From contig JBHIEG010000011.1 in assembly GCA_046760505.1 (NCBI GenBank), forward strand, positions 1 to 64,000: 64,000 nucleotides of DNA, given 5' to 3'. The notes below the pieces were generated by a model. That model was not told where the DNA came from and searched no databases. It worked only from the letters and a program-made list of their open reading frames with translations. Position 1 is the first letter of the stretch. Each line of letters starts with the position of its first letter. The stretch is from Candidatus Hydrothermarchaeota archaeon (GTDB lineage: Archaea > CAYFZR01). Below, piece after piece: positions 9,691-19,761 of this stretch. Both the position numbers and the translations under genes were made by a program.

Positions 9691-10266
9691 ATGATAGACG
9701 TGATCAAAGAGGGGATACTGATAAGGGATTCTGCAGGTAGCATACTTGAGGCAAGGTCTACGATTACTTTAATTAGAGATGATGTACTTGTAGATTGTGG
9801 TTTCTATGGAGACGATGAATTACTCCTTAAAGGACTCAAAAAAAGAGGAATCCTCCCAAAAGACATTGAAACCGTGATATTTACCCATCTCCATGACGAT
9901 CATACTGCCAATTGTTTTTTGTTTAAGGAATCGAAATTCATCGCCCATAGGTATGAGGAGATCATCCCAGAAGTCATGGATATAGACTTTATATGGTTGG
10001 AAAAGGATCAAAGTATCGATGAAGAAATAAGAGTGATACATACACCCGGACATACGAGAGGCAGCATTTCAATAATAGTCGATAAAACAGCCATAGTGGG
10101 AGATGCGATTCCAACGGAGAACAATTATATTAAATGGGTCCCACCAGGAGTTAACTACAATCATGAAGTCGCTTTATCAAGCATGGAGAAAATAATAAGG
10201 GAAGCAGAATTTATCGTTCCGGGTCATGACAAACCTTTTAGGGTAAGGAAAAAAAATGGATTCTAA
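9691..10266 (+). CDS. MBL-fold metallo-hydrolase
   Basis: THLHDDH, HTPGHT, GDA and PGH motifs; start moved to the ATG at 9691 after a GAGGA RBS. Confidence 0.85.
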   Translation: MIDVIKEGILIRDSAGSILEARSTITLIRDDVLVDCGFYGDDELLLKGLKKRGILPKDIETVIFTHLHDDHTANCFLFKESKFIAHRYEEIIPEVMDIDFIWLEKDQSIDEEIRVIHTPGHTRGSISIIVDKTAIVGDAIPTENNYIKWVPPGVNYNHEVALSSMEKIIREAEFIVPGHDKPFRVRKKNGF

Positions 10267-11464
10267 AGAAAAATATGCATTTAAAAGGAAAATAGAAGAA
10301 TTAGAGAAGAAAAGCGGTAAAGGTACCGAACTAATAAGCCTTTACATACCTCCTGGCAGGGCTATAAGCGATGTGACCACTCAACTCAAGCAAGAACATT
10401 CTCAGGCTGCAAACATAAAGTCAAAAAGAACAAGAAAAAACGTTCAAAGCGCATTAGAAACAATATCCCAGAGGTTGAAGATGTTGGATAAAATACCAGA
10501 GAACGGTCTGGTTATATTTTGCGGTACCGTGACCAAGGGAATATCAGAAGACATGGAAATACACTTGATAGTTCCTATAGAGCCATTGCAGATACAGACG
10601 TATAGATGCGATTCAAAGTTTTTCCTAGATCCTCTTAAAGATATGATTGAAGAAAAAGATACATACGGGCTAATCGTATTGGATAGGAGGGAGGCGACCA
10701 TAGGAATTTTAAAGGGAAAAAGGATAGAGATAATGAGCAAACAGACGTCCGGCGTTCCGGGAAAATTTAGGGCAGGCGGACAATCTGCTCCTAGATTCGA
10801 GAGGCTTAGGGAATGGGCTGCCCACGAATTCTTTGTAAGGATTGGTGAGAGGGCTAGCGAAATACTATTGCAGATACCGGACTTAAAAGGAGTTTTGATT
10901 GGAGGACCCGGGCCAACAAAAGAAGAATTCTTTAAGGGAGACTATCTGCACTACGAAATAAAGCAAAAGGTAATAGATATTTTAGACGTAGGATATACAG
11001 GGGAATACGGAATACACGAACTTGTGGATAAAGCGGAAGAAATTTTCTCGGATTTGGAGATTGTGAGAGAAAAAAAACTTGTTCAAAGATTTTTTAGAGA
11101 GTTGGTGAAAGAAGAGGGGCTTGCCGTTTATGGACTAGAAGATGTAAAAAAATATCTGGAAATGGGTGCTGTGGATACCCTCATTTTATCTGAAGGCTTG
11201 CGAATGAAAAAGGTTCTGTATGAGTGTCCATCCTGCGGGGGAAGGCTAGAGAAGATAATATCAAATACAAAAGAGGAATTGAAATGTGAATGTAACTCGA
11301 TACCTGAAATAAAAGATGAAATAGATGTTGTTGAAGAATTAACCAGAATATCTGAGGAAGTAGGGACAAAGGTATATTTTGTATCCACCGACACTGAAGA
11401 AGGCTCTCAGATAGCCAATGCCTTCAAGGGAATTGCTGCAATCCTTAGATACAAACCAACTTAG
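10256..11464 (+). CDS. prf1: Peptide chain release factor aRF1
   Basis: NIKS, YRCD and GGQS motifs. Confidence 0.97.
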   Translation: MDSKEKYAFKRKIEELEKKSGKGTELISLYIPPGRAISDVTTQLKQEHSQAANIKSKRTRKNVQSALETISQRLKMLDKIPENGLVIFCGTVTKGISEDMEIHLIVPIEPLQIQTYRCDSKFFLDPLKDMIEEKDTYGLIVLDRREATIGILKGKRIEIMSKQTSGVPGKFRAGGQSAPRFERLREWAAHEFFVRIGERASEILLQIPDLKGVLIGGPGPTKEEFFKGDYLHYEIKQKVIDILDVGYTGEYGIHELVDKAEEIFSDLEIVREKKLVQRFFRELVKEEGLAVYGLEDVKKYLEMGAVDTLILSEGLRMKKVLYECPSCGGRLEKIISNTKEELKCECNSIPEIKDEIDVVEELTRISEEVGTKVYFVSTDTEEGSQIANAFKGIAAILRYKPT

Positions 11465-11477
11465 AAAGGTGAATATA

Positions 11478-13169
11478 TTGGATCCCCTAAAACCCTTTTT
11501 CAAAGAAGCAAAAGAAATGTTCAGTAAATACGACTCTGAAATTTCTTTTTCCGAACCTCCAGACAAAAAATTAGGAGATATATCAACTACTCTCTGTTTT
11601 GAACTTGCAAAAAGGTATAGAAAATCCCCTGATGAACTTGCAGAAGAAATCGTAGATTCTATAGATCTCGAATCTTTTGATTATATATCTGAGGTAAGAG
11701 CGGTGAATGGGTACATTAATCTTTTTTTCGATTCTAGGTCTCTAATGGAACTTACCATGAGAACCGTTTATGAGTATGGAGATAGATACGGAAAAACGAA
11801 GGAGAGATCTGGATACGTTATACTGGAACATACCAGCGCCAATCCAAATGGGCCGCTTCACCTAGGACATGCCAGGAATACCATTATAGGTGATACTTTG
11901 GCAAGACTTCTTTCCTCAGTTGGATATAAACTGGAGAGACAGTTCTACGTGAACGACATGGGGAGACAAATAGCTGTTTTAGTTTGGTACTGCCTGAAAG
12001 AAGGCATTCCTGAAACAGATGAAAAGTTTGACCATGTGATAGCAAGCTTGTATGTAAAGGCTAACGAGGAATTAGAAAAGAATCCCGATCGAGAGAAAGA
12101 AATAATTAATATCATGAGAAAATATGAAAAAAAAGATCCAGAGATAGACGCAATTTTCAAAAAAATTGTTGACTCATGCTTAAAATCTCAAAAAGAGACT
12201 CTTGAGAAAATTAAAGTATTCCATGATAACTTTGTCTGGGAGAGTAAATTCGTGTGGAACAGTGACGTGAAAAAAATACTCGAAAGACTTAAAGAAAGCC
12301 GTTATGCTAAGTTCGATCGCTCTTTCTCGTTGGATCTTCATGAATTTGGAATAGAAAAAGATTTAATCCTCCTGAGAGAAGATGGCACAACCTTGTATCC
12401 ATTGAGGGATATAGCCTATCATCTCTGGAAGTTGGAGAAATCCGATTTAGCAATCGATATACTTGGCTCTGATCATAAACTTCCTTTTAAACAGTTGATT
12501 CAGGCAATAAAAATTTTAGGATTTGAGAAAACCCCGGAAGCAGTCTTTTATGAGTTCATTTCTTTACCTGAAGGATCCATGTCCACCAGGAGGGGCATTT
12601 ACATATCCTTAGACGATTTGATAGATGAGACAATTAAAAGGGCATATGCAGAGGTTAAAAAGAGAAGACCAGACTTAAGTGAAGAGGAAATGAAAAAGAT
12701 ATCTGAAATTGTTGGTATCGGCGCGATTAGGTATAACATAATAAGAATTGCCCCAGAAAAACCTATCACCTTTAAGTGGGAAGAGGCCTTAGATTTTGAG
12801 AGGCAAGGATCGCCATTCATCCAGTACGCTCATGCAAGGGCATGCAAAATACTCGAAAAAGACTTCATACCCGACCTAGAAGAGGTAGACGTTTCTCTAT
12901 TGAAAGATGACCATGAAATCCACCTAATAAAACAAATATCGAAATTTCCACGCATTGTCTTGGAAAGTGCGCTTGAATTCAAGCCTCATTTACTTGCTAA
13001 CTACGCACAGGAACTTGCAACGTTATTTAACAGATTTTACAAGTATTTACCAGTTTTGAAAGCAGAAACAGACCTTAAGAAAGCGAGATTAGCTCTGGTA
13101 TATTGCTCTAAGGTAACCTTAAAAAATTCATTGAATATTTTGGGAATCGAATCACCAAGATCTATGTAG
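11478..13169 (+). CDS. argS: Arginine--tRNA ligase
   Basis: EHTSANPNGPLHLGHARN (HIGH motif), MSTRRG, IQYAHAR; probable TTG start at 11478 after a GGTGA RBS. Confidence 0.96.
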   Translation: MDPLKPFFKEAKEMFSKYDSEISFSEPPDKKLGDISTTLCFELAKRYRKSPDELAEEIVDSIDLESFDYISEVRAVNGYINLFFDSRSLMELTMRTVYEYGDRYGKTKERSGYVILEHTSANPNGPLHLGHARNTIIGDTLARLLSSVGYKLERQFYVNDMGRQIAVLVWYCLKEGIPETDEKFDHVIASLYVKANEELEKNPDREKEIINIMRKYEKKDPEIDAIFKKIVDSCLKSQKETLEKIKVFHDNFVWESKFVWNSDVKKILERLKESRYAKFDRSFSLDLHEFGIEKDLILLREDGTTLYPLRDIAYHLWKLEKSDLAIDILGSDHKLPFKQLIQAIKILGFEKTPEAVFYEFISLPEGSMSTRRGIYISLDDLIDETIKRAYAEVKKRRPDLSEEEMKKISEIVGIGAIRYNIIRIAPEKPITFKWEEALDFERQGSPFIQYAHARACKILEKDFIPDLEEVDVSLLKDDHEIHLIKQISKFPRIVLESALEFKPHLLANYAQELATLFNRFYKYLPVLKAETDLKKARLALVYCSKVTLKNSLNILGIESPRSM

Positions 13170-13644
13170 TTGCCTCTTCCTGAACGTCTTGGATAACGTG
13201 GTCCGCGGCATTTTTTAGAGCAGTACTAAATCCTGGTTCCGCTCCGTAAACCACCGTTTCCATTCCATTTTCCTTTGCTTTCATCAGCAAAGGAAGGAAA
13301 TCTGCGTCCCTAGTTATTAAGGCCAGCATGTCTACATGAGGATTGTATACTATTTCCATCGCCTCCACTGTTAGGTAAACGTCGACGTCTCCCGTGGTTA
13401 CCACAGGCATGAAGCCTTGGTTCATTATGGCTTCGACCAATTTTTCGGATGCATATTGGTTTAAAAACACTTTTGCAATCTTTATATCACCGTATTGCTC
13501 TATGATCTTTTTTACTTTCTCTAGATTAATGTTGAACTCCTTCCTGAGCATGTTCGGACCATCAACTAATATGGCTATACGTTTCCCACCCATCCTTCTA
13601 CCAATGATATCCTTAACTCTACTTATTCTTTCTAACGCCATCAT
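13162..13644 (-). CDS. NYN-domain protein (TIGR00288-like)
   Basis: LVDGPNMLRKEF, GDVDVYL, TRDADFLP, GFSTALKNAAD. Confidence 0.9.
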   Translation of the reverse strand: MMALERISRVKDIIGRRMGGKRIAILVDGPNMLRKEFNINLEKVKKIIEQYGDIKIAKVFLNQYASEKLVEAIMNQGFMPVVTTGDVDVYLTVEAMEIVYNPHVDMLALITRDADFLPLLMKAKENGMETVVYGAEPGFSTALKNAADHVIQDVQEEATT

Positions 13645-13676
13645 TACAACTCCAAAGTTAAGGTACACTAACGCCT

Positions 13677-14513
13677 TCATAAACCCTTTGTATAAACAAT
13701 GTTGTATGCCTGTATAGTGTTCTCTTCGGTTATTTCAGAAATTTTTTCAAAGGGTATTTCAAGCAATTCTGCCACCTTTTTAACTGCTTCTTTTAAAAAT
13801 ACGGGTTCATTTCTCCTTATATTTCTAAAAGGAGACAAACAAGGACTATCTGTTTCTAAAATAAGATTTTCAAGAGGAATGTTTTTTACCAAGTCCTGAT
13901 AGTGTCTAACGTAGCAAACCAGAGTTGGTATGGATAAAAAAAATCCTGATTCCGAGATTTCTCTTGCTGTTTTTTCATCTCCACTAAAGCAATGGAATAT
14001 AACATTGACATTGGAGTTTTTTACAACATTTAATGCCTCCCTCTCAGATTCTCTTGCATGCACTACCAATGGGAGGTTCAATTCTTCAGCAAGATTGAGA
14101 AAGTCTGCCAGAACCTTCAACTGCTTTCCTCTACCCTTCTCATCCCTTATCCTATGAAAGTCTGGTCCGATTTCTCCTATCGCTACTATTTCTTTCTTTA
14201 ACTCAATTATATGGTTGATATGTTCTTCTAATTCTCTCTCGCCAATATTGGCGGTATGAGCAGGATATATTCCAGCAGTTACGTGGATAAAATCCGGATA
14301 ATCTTTTCTTAATTCTAAAGATTTTAATAACCCTTCAATGGATACTGCTGAAGTTACTATACCATTTATCTCTTTTTTAGCCCTCTTGATAACTTCAGTT
14401 ATGTCTTTGCTGAATTTTGGAGAGTTCAAATGACAGTGAGCGTCCATCATAATATCACGCAGGACATTAAGATTTCCAGTTTCAACCTTTATTACTTTTA
14501 TTAGTATAACCAC
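13677..14513 (-). CDS. TatD-family hydrolase
   Basis: DAHCHL, IGEIGPD, VHARE, FHCFSG, LETDSP; true start may be the ATG at 14450. Confidence 0.92.
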   Translation of the reverse strand: MVILIKVIKVETGNLNVLRDIMMDAHCHLNSPKFSKDITEVIKRAKKEINGIVTSAVSIEGLLKSLELRKDYPDFIHVTAGIYPAHTANIGERELEEHINHIIELKKEIVAIGEIGPDFHRIRDEKGRGKQLKVLADFLNLAEELNLPLVVHARESEREALNVVKNSNVNVIFHCFSGDEKTAREISESGFFLSIPTLVCYVRHYQDLVKNIPLENLILETDSPCLSPFRNIRRNEPVFLKEAVKKVAELLEIPFEKISEITEENTIQAYNIVYTKGL

Positions 14514-14516
14514 GGA

Positions 14517-15428
14517 TCAACTCATAAATAATATCGAGAAAAACATACCTAGAATAGCAGAAATCCCCGGAGTTAGGGCCCACCAGCCGAAAACTCGATA
14601 TGTTGTTTGAAGATTTATTGTTCCTATGCCTTTTAGAAGCCCAATTCCAAGTACGCTCCCTACAACTGCTTGAGTGAGAGATATCGGAATTCCTACCTGC
14701 GTGAATACGTGTACAATGAATGCTGAAGAAAACTGTACGACAACAGCCGTAAATGGATCTAAATTAACTATATCCCCTCCAACAGTCTTTAAGACTCCAA
14801 AACTGAAAAACAATGCCCCTATACCTGTTGATGTGCCTGCAAGAACGTTTGATAAATTTCCTGAACTTGTGCTTATCTCCCCCAAAAGTCCAACCGTGTT
14901 TGCTCCTAGACTATAGCCCAGATAAGCACCACTTAAAACAAGTAACCATCTAAATATATGGTCCCATTCAACGAACGTAAGTTTAATTATGATTCTATTT
15001 AGAAAATAACAGAGTAAATATGAAAAAACTGCCGTTACAAGAGGAGTTATAAACCACGTAGCTATTATAATCGAAAGAAATCCCCATTTGATCGCAGTGC
15101 CTAAGACGAATGAAGAACCAACCAAGCCACCCATGATGGTTTGGGATGTGGATATTGGATATCTTTTTAATGTGGCTAATGAGGCGGGAATCAGTGCAGA
15201 AAACAAAGCCAAAAAAACTACAAGGGGATTTATTGCCTCTACGATTTTTAAGGCGCTAGACATTTTGCTTCCTTCTAGAAAAGCCCCTAAAACTATAAAA
15301 AAAGCCACCAGAACTGTACCATACCTTAGGGAAATTGTTCTAGATTCTACTGCTGGAGCTATGCAGTTCGCTGTATCATTTGCTCCTATGATTAAACCCA
15401 GGAAAATTAGGAAAAAAAGATCAATCAA
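14517..15428 (-). CDS. Inorganic phosphate transporter, PiT family
   Basis: GAND and GANT repeats, PISTSQ and PISLTQ; probable TTG start overlapping the upstream stop. Confidence 0.9.
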   Translation of the reverse strand: MIDLFFLIFLGLIIGANDTANCIAPAVESRTISLRYGTVLVAFFIVLGAFLEGSKMSSALKIVEAINPLVVFLALFSALIPASLATLKRYPISTSQTIMGGLVGSSFVLGTAIKWGFLSIIIATWFITPLVTAVFSYLLCYFLNRIIIKLTFVEWDHIFRWLLVLSGAYLGYSLGANTVGLLGEISTSSGNLSNVLAGTSTGIGALFFSFGVLKTVGGDIVNLDPFTAVVVQFSSAFIVHVFTQVGIPISLTQAVVGSVLGIGLLKGIGTINLQTTYRVFGWWALTPGISAILGMFFSILFMS

Positions 15429-16135
15429 GCCCCATGCCTCACTGCTATCATGCAAATTATGTCTGAAGCGTCTTCGGCTCTATCTGCCACATCACCTATT
15501 AAAGATATGATCTCTCGGAGCTGTATTATAGAAAGAACATCCAATTCTCCCTCTGCATGGAACAAATACTTTAACGTTTGATGTTCGATTTCATCAGATT
15601 CTTCCTCTCTCTGATCGACTTCTCTTGCTTTAATCGCGGCCTTTTTCATATCGGAGTTCAAAAGATGTATACTTTCTTTCAAGGTATCTACTGTTTTAAC
15701 CACAGACCCTGTCAACACCAACAGTTTATCCTTTAGTTCTTGAGATATTTCTACACATTTTTCAGAGAACACAAGACACATAGAATGAAAACTCTTCTCT
15801 CTTAACTGAAACATCTTTACCGCTGCTTCGGCCGCATCTGCTATTTCATCCACCCTCTCAACCAATCTATGAAGGTTTTCCCTGCTTACAGGTAAGAAAG
15901 CTCCTTCGTGGAGTCTCGATTCAATTTCTCTCCTCAAATCATCGGCTATTTTTTCCTTATTGGATACTTCTTCAATCAATTCATTCATTCTATCAAAATC
16001 TTCCTCGCAAAAAGCATTAACAACCTTCTTCAATCCATCAACAGTTTCAACGATTAGATCGATGTGTTTTTCCAGATTTTCAACAACTTCTTTTTCTTCC
16101 TTCCTCCCAAAAAATGGCAACATTCTCCAAGCCAT
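15425..16135 (-). CDS. Phosphate transport regulator (DUF47/TIGR00153-like)
   Basis: EKIADDLRREI..GAFLPVSRE, EEESDEIE, DVADRAED; adjacent to PiT. Confidence 0.88.
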   Translation of the reverse strand: MAWRMLPFFGRKEEKEVVENLEKHIDLIVETVDGLKKVVNAFCEEDFDRMNELIEEVSNKEKIADDLRREIESRLHEGAFLPVSRENLHRLVERVDEIADAAEAAVKMFQLREKSFHSMCLVFSEKCVEISQELKDKLLVLTGSVVKTVDTLKESIHLLNSDMKKAAIKAREVDQREEESDEIEHQTLKYLFHAEGELDVLSIIQLREIISLIGDVADRAEDASDIICMIAVRHGA

Positions 16136-16244
16136 AGAAATCCCAATAATATCTCCTAAATCTCCTTATATATAATTATGATGAAAAAACGAGGTAATCG
16201 TTTAAATCATAGTTTCCTACATTTTTCTTGGATAGCTTTTTCTA

Positions 16245-16512
16245 TGAGGGAAAATAACCTTTCAATGGAAGAAATTCCTCCAAAAATAGCGAAGAAATTA
16301 TGTATGCTGAACAAATTTTTAAAGATCTCACACGATTACCCTTTAAACTTAACACCCCTGAGGATTGGAAACAATGGCTCGAAAAGGCAGGTTTAATAGA
16401 TGTTCAAATATATGAAAATAAAGGACACACAAGGGTAAAGGGAATAATTAGAGCATATGATGGTTTTGGAAAAATCTTTAAATTGATCAAAGAATTTCAA
16501 TTCGATCATTAG
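16245..16512 (+). pseudogene. Probable remnant of the C-terminus of a class I SAM methyltransferase
   Basis: LNTPEDWKQWLEKAGLIDVQI resembles methyltransferase C-termini; no N-terminal SAM motif; two overlapping frames; ends at the repeat mosaic; 5' limit approximate. Confidence 0.4.
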
Positions 16513-16849
16513 GTAGCATCCACCTTTTATAAAGGTGGATCAAAGGCACCTCCACCACCTTTAATAAAGGTGGGCCAAAGGCACTACCTCCTTCGGAGAT
16601 AGAACATCTCCCATACATTTTGCTTTGCTTTTTTCGAGGTAGATCATTATGCTTTGGTTTTAATATCTTTGTTTTTCCTAATGAGATGTTGAATTCGCGT
16701 TAGCGAATTCGACCTAATGATCCCCCTCGACCTTCAAAAAGTCGATCATTTGGTAGCACTTCACAGTGCAACATCTCAAATAGAAAATGGCCCCCAGCAC
16801 CTTTCATAAAGGTGGGACAAAAGTACCTCCTCAACCTTTCAGAAGGTCG
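16502..16849. repeat. Mosaic of short palindromic (REP-like) repeats
   Basis: CACCTTT-NAT-AAAGGTG at 16521, 16556 and 16798, each with a similar GRNCAAARG..ACCTCC tail; TCGATCATTWGGTAGCA at 16502 and 16742; further hairpins at 16691-16710, 16727-16745 and 16831-16849. Confidence 0.85.
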
Positions 16850-17174
16850 TGGTGGGTAGGCTATAGTCCATCTTCTGTAATTTCGGTGGCATTCGGCTAA
16901 GCGGACTACCTTCGCCTCAGACCAACAACTCATCGGCGACATTTGTCCTTGCACCCTACGGGGGGCTCGTCTCACCGGTCCCATTGATGTCGTCACCAAG
17001 TTAACTCGGAGACGATTGCTCGTCTCCTTCGTTGGATCATACCCATGAATCAATGGACGTGTCGTTTCTGCACCCTAACCCAGCCTTTCGACTACCTCTT
17101 CATAGAGGCGTAGTGTTGGTCAGGTGGATGGAACTTCCTCCGGAGTACCCGGGGAGCCACCAGCCTACCCACCA
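16850..17174 (-). ncRNA. rnpB: Archaeal RNase P RNA (type A)
   Basis: P1 GGTGGGTAGGCT/AGCCTACCCACC; conserved regions GAGGAAGTTCCATCCACC, TGCAGAAAC, GTGAGACG, GGTGCAAG, TCCGCTTAGCCGAATGCC, ACAGAAGATGGACTATAG; P6 GACCAACA/TGTTGGTC. Confidence 0.97.
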
Positions 17175-17194
17175 TCTTTTACTATAGAGTTATT

Positions 17195-17210
17195 GATATA
17201 AGAACTTTAA
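17195..17210 (-). promoter_or_regulatory. Putative BRE/TATA promoter of rnpB
   Basis: Minus-strand TTAAAGTTCTTATATC; TTATAT lies about 22-27 nt upstream of the P1 5' end. Confidence 0.5.
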
Positions 17211-17213
17211 AGT

Positions 17214-18215
17214 TTAAGTGACTATGTTTAACTCTCTTCCACAAAACTTACAATTCTTATCTTCTATGTTTTCTTTTCCTATGCTAAATCCATGCCTTTC
17301 AATCAAAAGATTTTTGCAGTTGGGACAGTATGTATTCTCTCCGGGATGCCCTGGAACATTTCCCAAATAAACATATGAGAGACCCATCTCAATAGCCTTT
17401 TCTCTGAGAGTTTCTAAGGTTTTCACTGGAGTGGGTGGTATTCTATTCATTTTGTAGTGGGGATGAAATCTCGTCACGTGCAAAGGAACTTCTTCACTCA
17501 ATTCTTTCAGGATCCATTCGATTAACTGTTTAAAATCCTCTATAGAATCGTTATATCCTGGAATAACGAGATTGGTTATTTCTACATGTATATTATTCTC
17601 AAACATAAATTTTGTAGCATTTAATACTTCTTCCCACCTTGGTATACCTGCTACCGTTTTATAAAATTTATCAGAAAATCCTTTTATGTCTACGTTGGCA
17701 GCATCTAACACCGGAGCAATCTTTTCTAGAGGATCTAAACAAATATATCCGTTTGTGACGTATACTGTATAGAAATCTTCTTTTTTTGCTATTTTTGCTG
17801 TTTCATAGGTATACTCAAACCATATAGTGGGTTCATTGTACGTCCATGCAATTCCTTGGCATCCATATGCTGGAATCATTTCAACTGCTTTCTCAGGACT
17901 TATTTCGTGTAAGCGGATATCTTCAAATTTACACTGACTTATTGTCCAGTTCTGGCAATGCTTACACCTGAAATTACATCCTACGGTTCCAAAGGATAAA
18001 ACATATGATTTCGGATAAAAATGGAACAATGGCTTCTTTTCTATAGGGTCAGGATGTACGGAAGATACTTTTCCGTATATTAGGCTGTTGAGGACTCCAT
18101 CATTGTTTTCTCTAACTCCACAGAAACCTCTTTTTCCCGATGCTATCTTGCATCTCCAAGGGCAGAGAAAGCATCTTACCTTAGAGTTTTCTGTTAAATA
18201 GAACATTGCCTCCAT
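17214..18215 (-). CDS. amrS: AmmeMemoRadiSam system radical SAM enzyme
   Basis: CFLCPWRC..GFCGVREN, DPIEKKPLFHFYP, GCNFRCKHCQNW, TYNEP, C-terminal CPNC..CKFC. Confidence 0.92.
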   Translation of the reverse strand: MEAMFYLTENSKVRCFLCPWRCKIASGKRGFCGVRENNDGVLNSLIYGKVSSVHPDPIEKKPLFHFYPKSYVLSFGTVGCNFRCKHCQNWTISQCKFEDIRLHEISPEKAVEMIPAYGCQGIAWTYNEPTIWFEYTYETAKIAKKEDFYTVYVTNGYICLDPLEKIAPVLDAANVDIKGFSDKFYKTVAGIPRWEEVLNATKFMFENNIHVEITNLVIPGYNDSIEDFKQLIEWILKELSEEVPLHVTRFHPHYKMNRIPPTPVKTLETLREKAIEMGLSYVYLGNVPGHPGENTYCPNCKNLLIERHGFSIGKENIEDKNCKFCGRELNIVT

Positions 18216-18251
18216 GAAATTTCATTGAGGTTATAGGTATAAAAATATGTC

Positions 18252-19214
18252 TTATTTATCAAAAAAATGCTCAAAACCTCTTGGAACTATTTCTTTGCCA
18301 TCTAACAGTATTTTTTCATCTGCTACTGCTTTACCGATAACAGTTGCATTACAGGAAGATGATATCAGTTCCAAAACCTTTTCAGTGTTCTCCTCGGGTA
18401 CAGTAAATAATAATTCAAAATCCCCTCCTGTATTCACTACCAGATCTCTCCAATCGATATTGATTTCCTCCGAAATAACCTTAACATCCTTTGTTACAGG
18501 TAATTTATCGGAGTAGATCTCAAATCCGCATCTGTTTATGTCCATCATTTCTTTAAGCGCAAAACTCAAGCTATCGCTCAAATCTATACATCCGCGGGCA
18601 AGTTTTGACTTTGCTATCCTTATCCCTTCCTCTATCCTAGGTGTGGGTTCTAAAAGCCTCTTGATGAGGTGATCGTATCCTGATATTCCTCTTAAAAGAA
18701 TCTCCAATCCTGCTCCAGCTCCTCCTATCTCTCCTGTAACTATGAGATTATCACCAGGAATGGCTTTTCTTAAAAGAATCTCTTCTTTGGTTGTAACCCC
18801 TATCGCAGTACCGGTCAAGGTTAGTTCATCAGACTCAGAGATATCTCCTCCCAGCACCGGGGCACTAAACTTTTTACAAGCATGCTCTATCCCGGTACAA
18901 ATTTTTTGAATGTACTCCAACTCGGTTTCTTTAGGAATTCCCATTGCAATGAGAATTCCTCTTGGAACAGCTCCCATAGCAGCAATATCGCTTAAAGTGA
19001 TGGCGACTAAGCTCAATCCTATTTGAAAGGGGGTCATTTCTCTAGGAATATCGGTTTTTTTAGTTATAAGATCGGTAGTTATAACCAATAACTCTTCTCC
19101 TATCTTTATAGCTGAAGAATCATCCCCTATGCCCACTTCTACCCATTCTGCCTTAGAAAATTGGCTTGATATTATTTCTATTAGTCTTTTCTCACCGATC
19201 TCAGAGACACGCAT
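18252..19214 (-). CDS. thiL: Thiamine-monophosphate kinase
   Basis: GIGDD, LSDIAAMGAVP, GGD, IDLSDSL, GGDFELLFT, GFEHF. Confidence 0.94.
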   Translation of the reverse strand: MRVSEIGEKRLIEIISSQFSKAEWVEVGIGDDSSAIKIGEELLVITTDLITKKTDIPREMTPFQIGLSLVAITLSDIAAMGAVPRGILIAMGIPKETELEYIQKICTGIEHACKKFSAPVLGGDISESDELTLTGTAIGVTTKEEILLRKAIPGDNLIVTGEIGGAGAGLEILLRGISGYDHLIKRLLEPTPRIEEGIRIAKSKLARGCIDLSDSLSFALKEMMDINRCGFEIYSDKLPVTKDVKVISEEINIDWRDLVVNTGGDFELLFTVPEENTEKVLELISSSCNATVIGKAVADEKILLDGKEIVPRGFEHFFDK

Positions 19215-19296
19215 AAACTAAAATTCAGTCCTTCATATAAAAAATAATATCATGAGAAAAAGAGTTAAGATAAATAAGAATTTGGACTGATCCGAG

Positions 19297-19761
19297 ATGA
19301 GGGTTTACTTCAAAAAAATACCATTGTCAGAATCGAGGGAATTAGTAGATATGGGCATAACTCTAATAGATGCAAACACAGTTCTAGATCCCCTACAGGT
19401 AGAATTTGCTATAGAGCACGCAAAGAGAGCATTCGATGAAAAAAGGAATATTTCCAGATCTCTTTCTTTGGAAATACTAATTAGATTTTCAGGAACAAGA
19501 CAGATAGAGAAGGCGATCCAGAACTTTGGAGTAAAAGACGAAGAAGTCTGTATAATATCAGATAATGAGGATAACGAGAAACTGATAGAAAAATATCCAG
19601 ATTTTGATTTAAAAATAACAGAGGAAAAACTGATTAAAATTCTAAAATTGTATGAAATACCATTAAAAGAAGTATTAATGCTAGGAAAAAACTTTGAATC
19701 AAGAAAAAAAGTAGCATTAAAGCTCATATTAGAAAAGATTTCTTTACTTACGTTTGAATAG
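19297..19761 (+). CDS. cgi121: KEOPS complex subunit Cgi121
   Basis: HAKRAF..RNISRSLSLEILIRFSGTRQIEKAIQNFGV. Confidence 0.88.
   Translation: MRVYFKKIPLSESRELVDMGITLIDANTVLDPLQVEFAIEHAKRAFDEKRNISRSLSLEILIRFSGTRQIEKAIQNFGVKDEEVCIISDNEDNEKLIEKYPDFDLKITEEKLIKILKLYEIPLKEVLMLGKNFESRKKVALKLILEKISLLTFE

Noticed and set aside
16518-16830. Possible mini-CRISPR array
   Set aside because: Copies 1 and 2 are nearly adjacent with no unique spacer, copy 3 is about 240 bp away, and there are no cas genes in the window.
16700-17053. 117-aa minus-strand ORF
   Set aside because: Lies over the RNase P RNA and the repeats; not protein-like.
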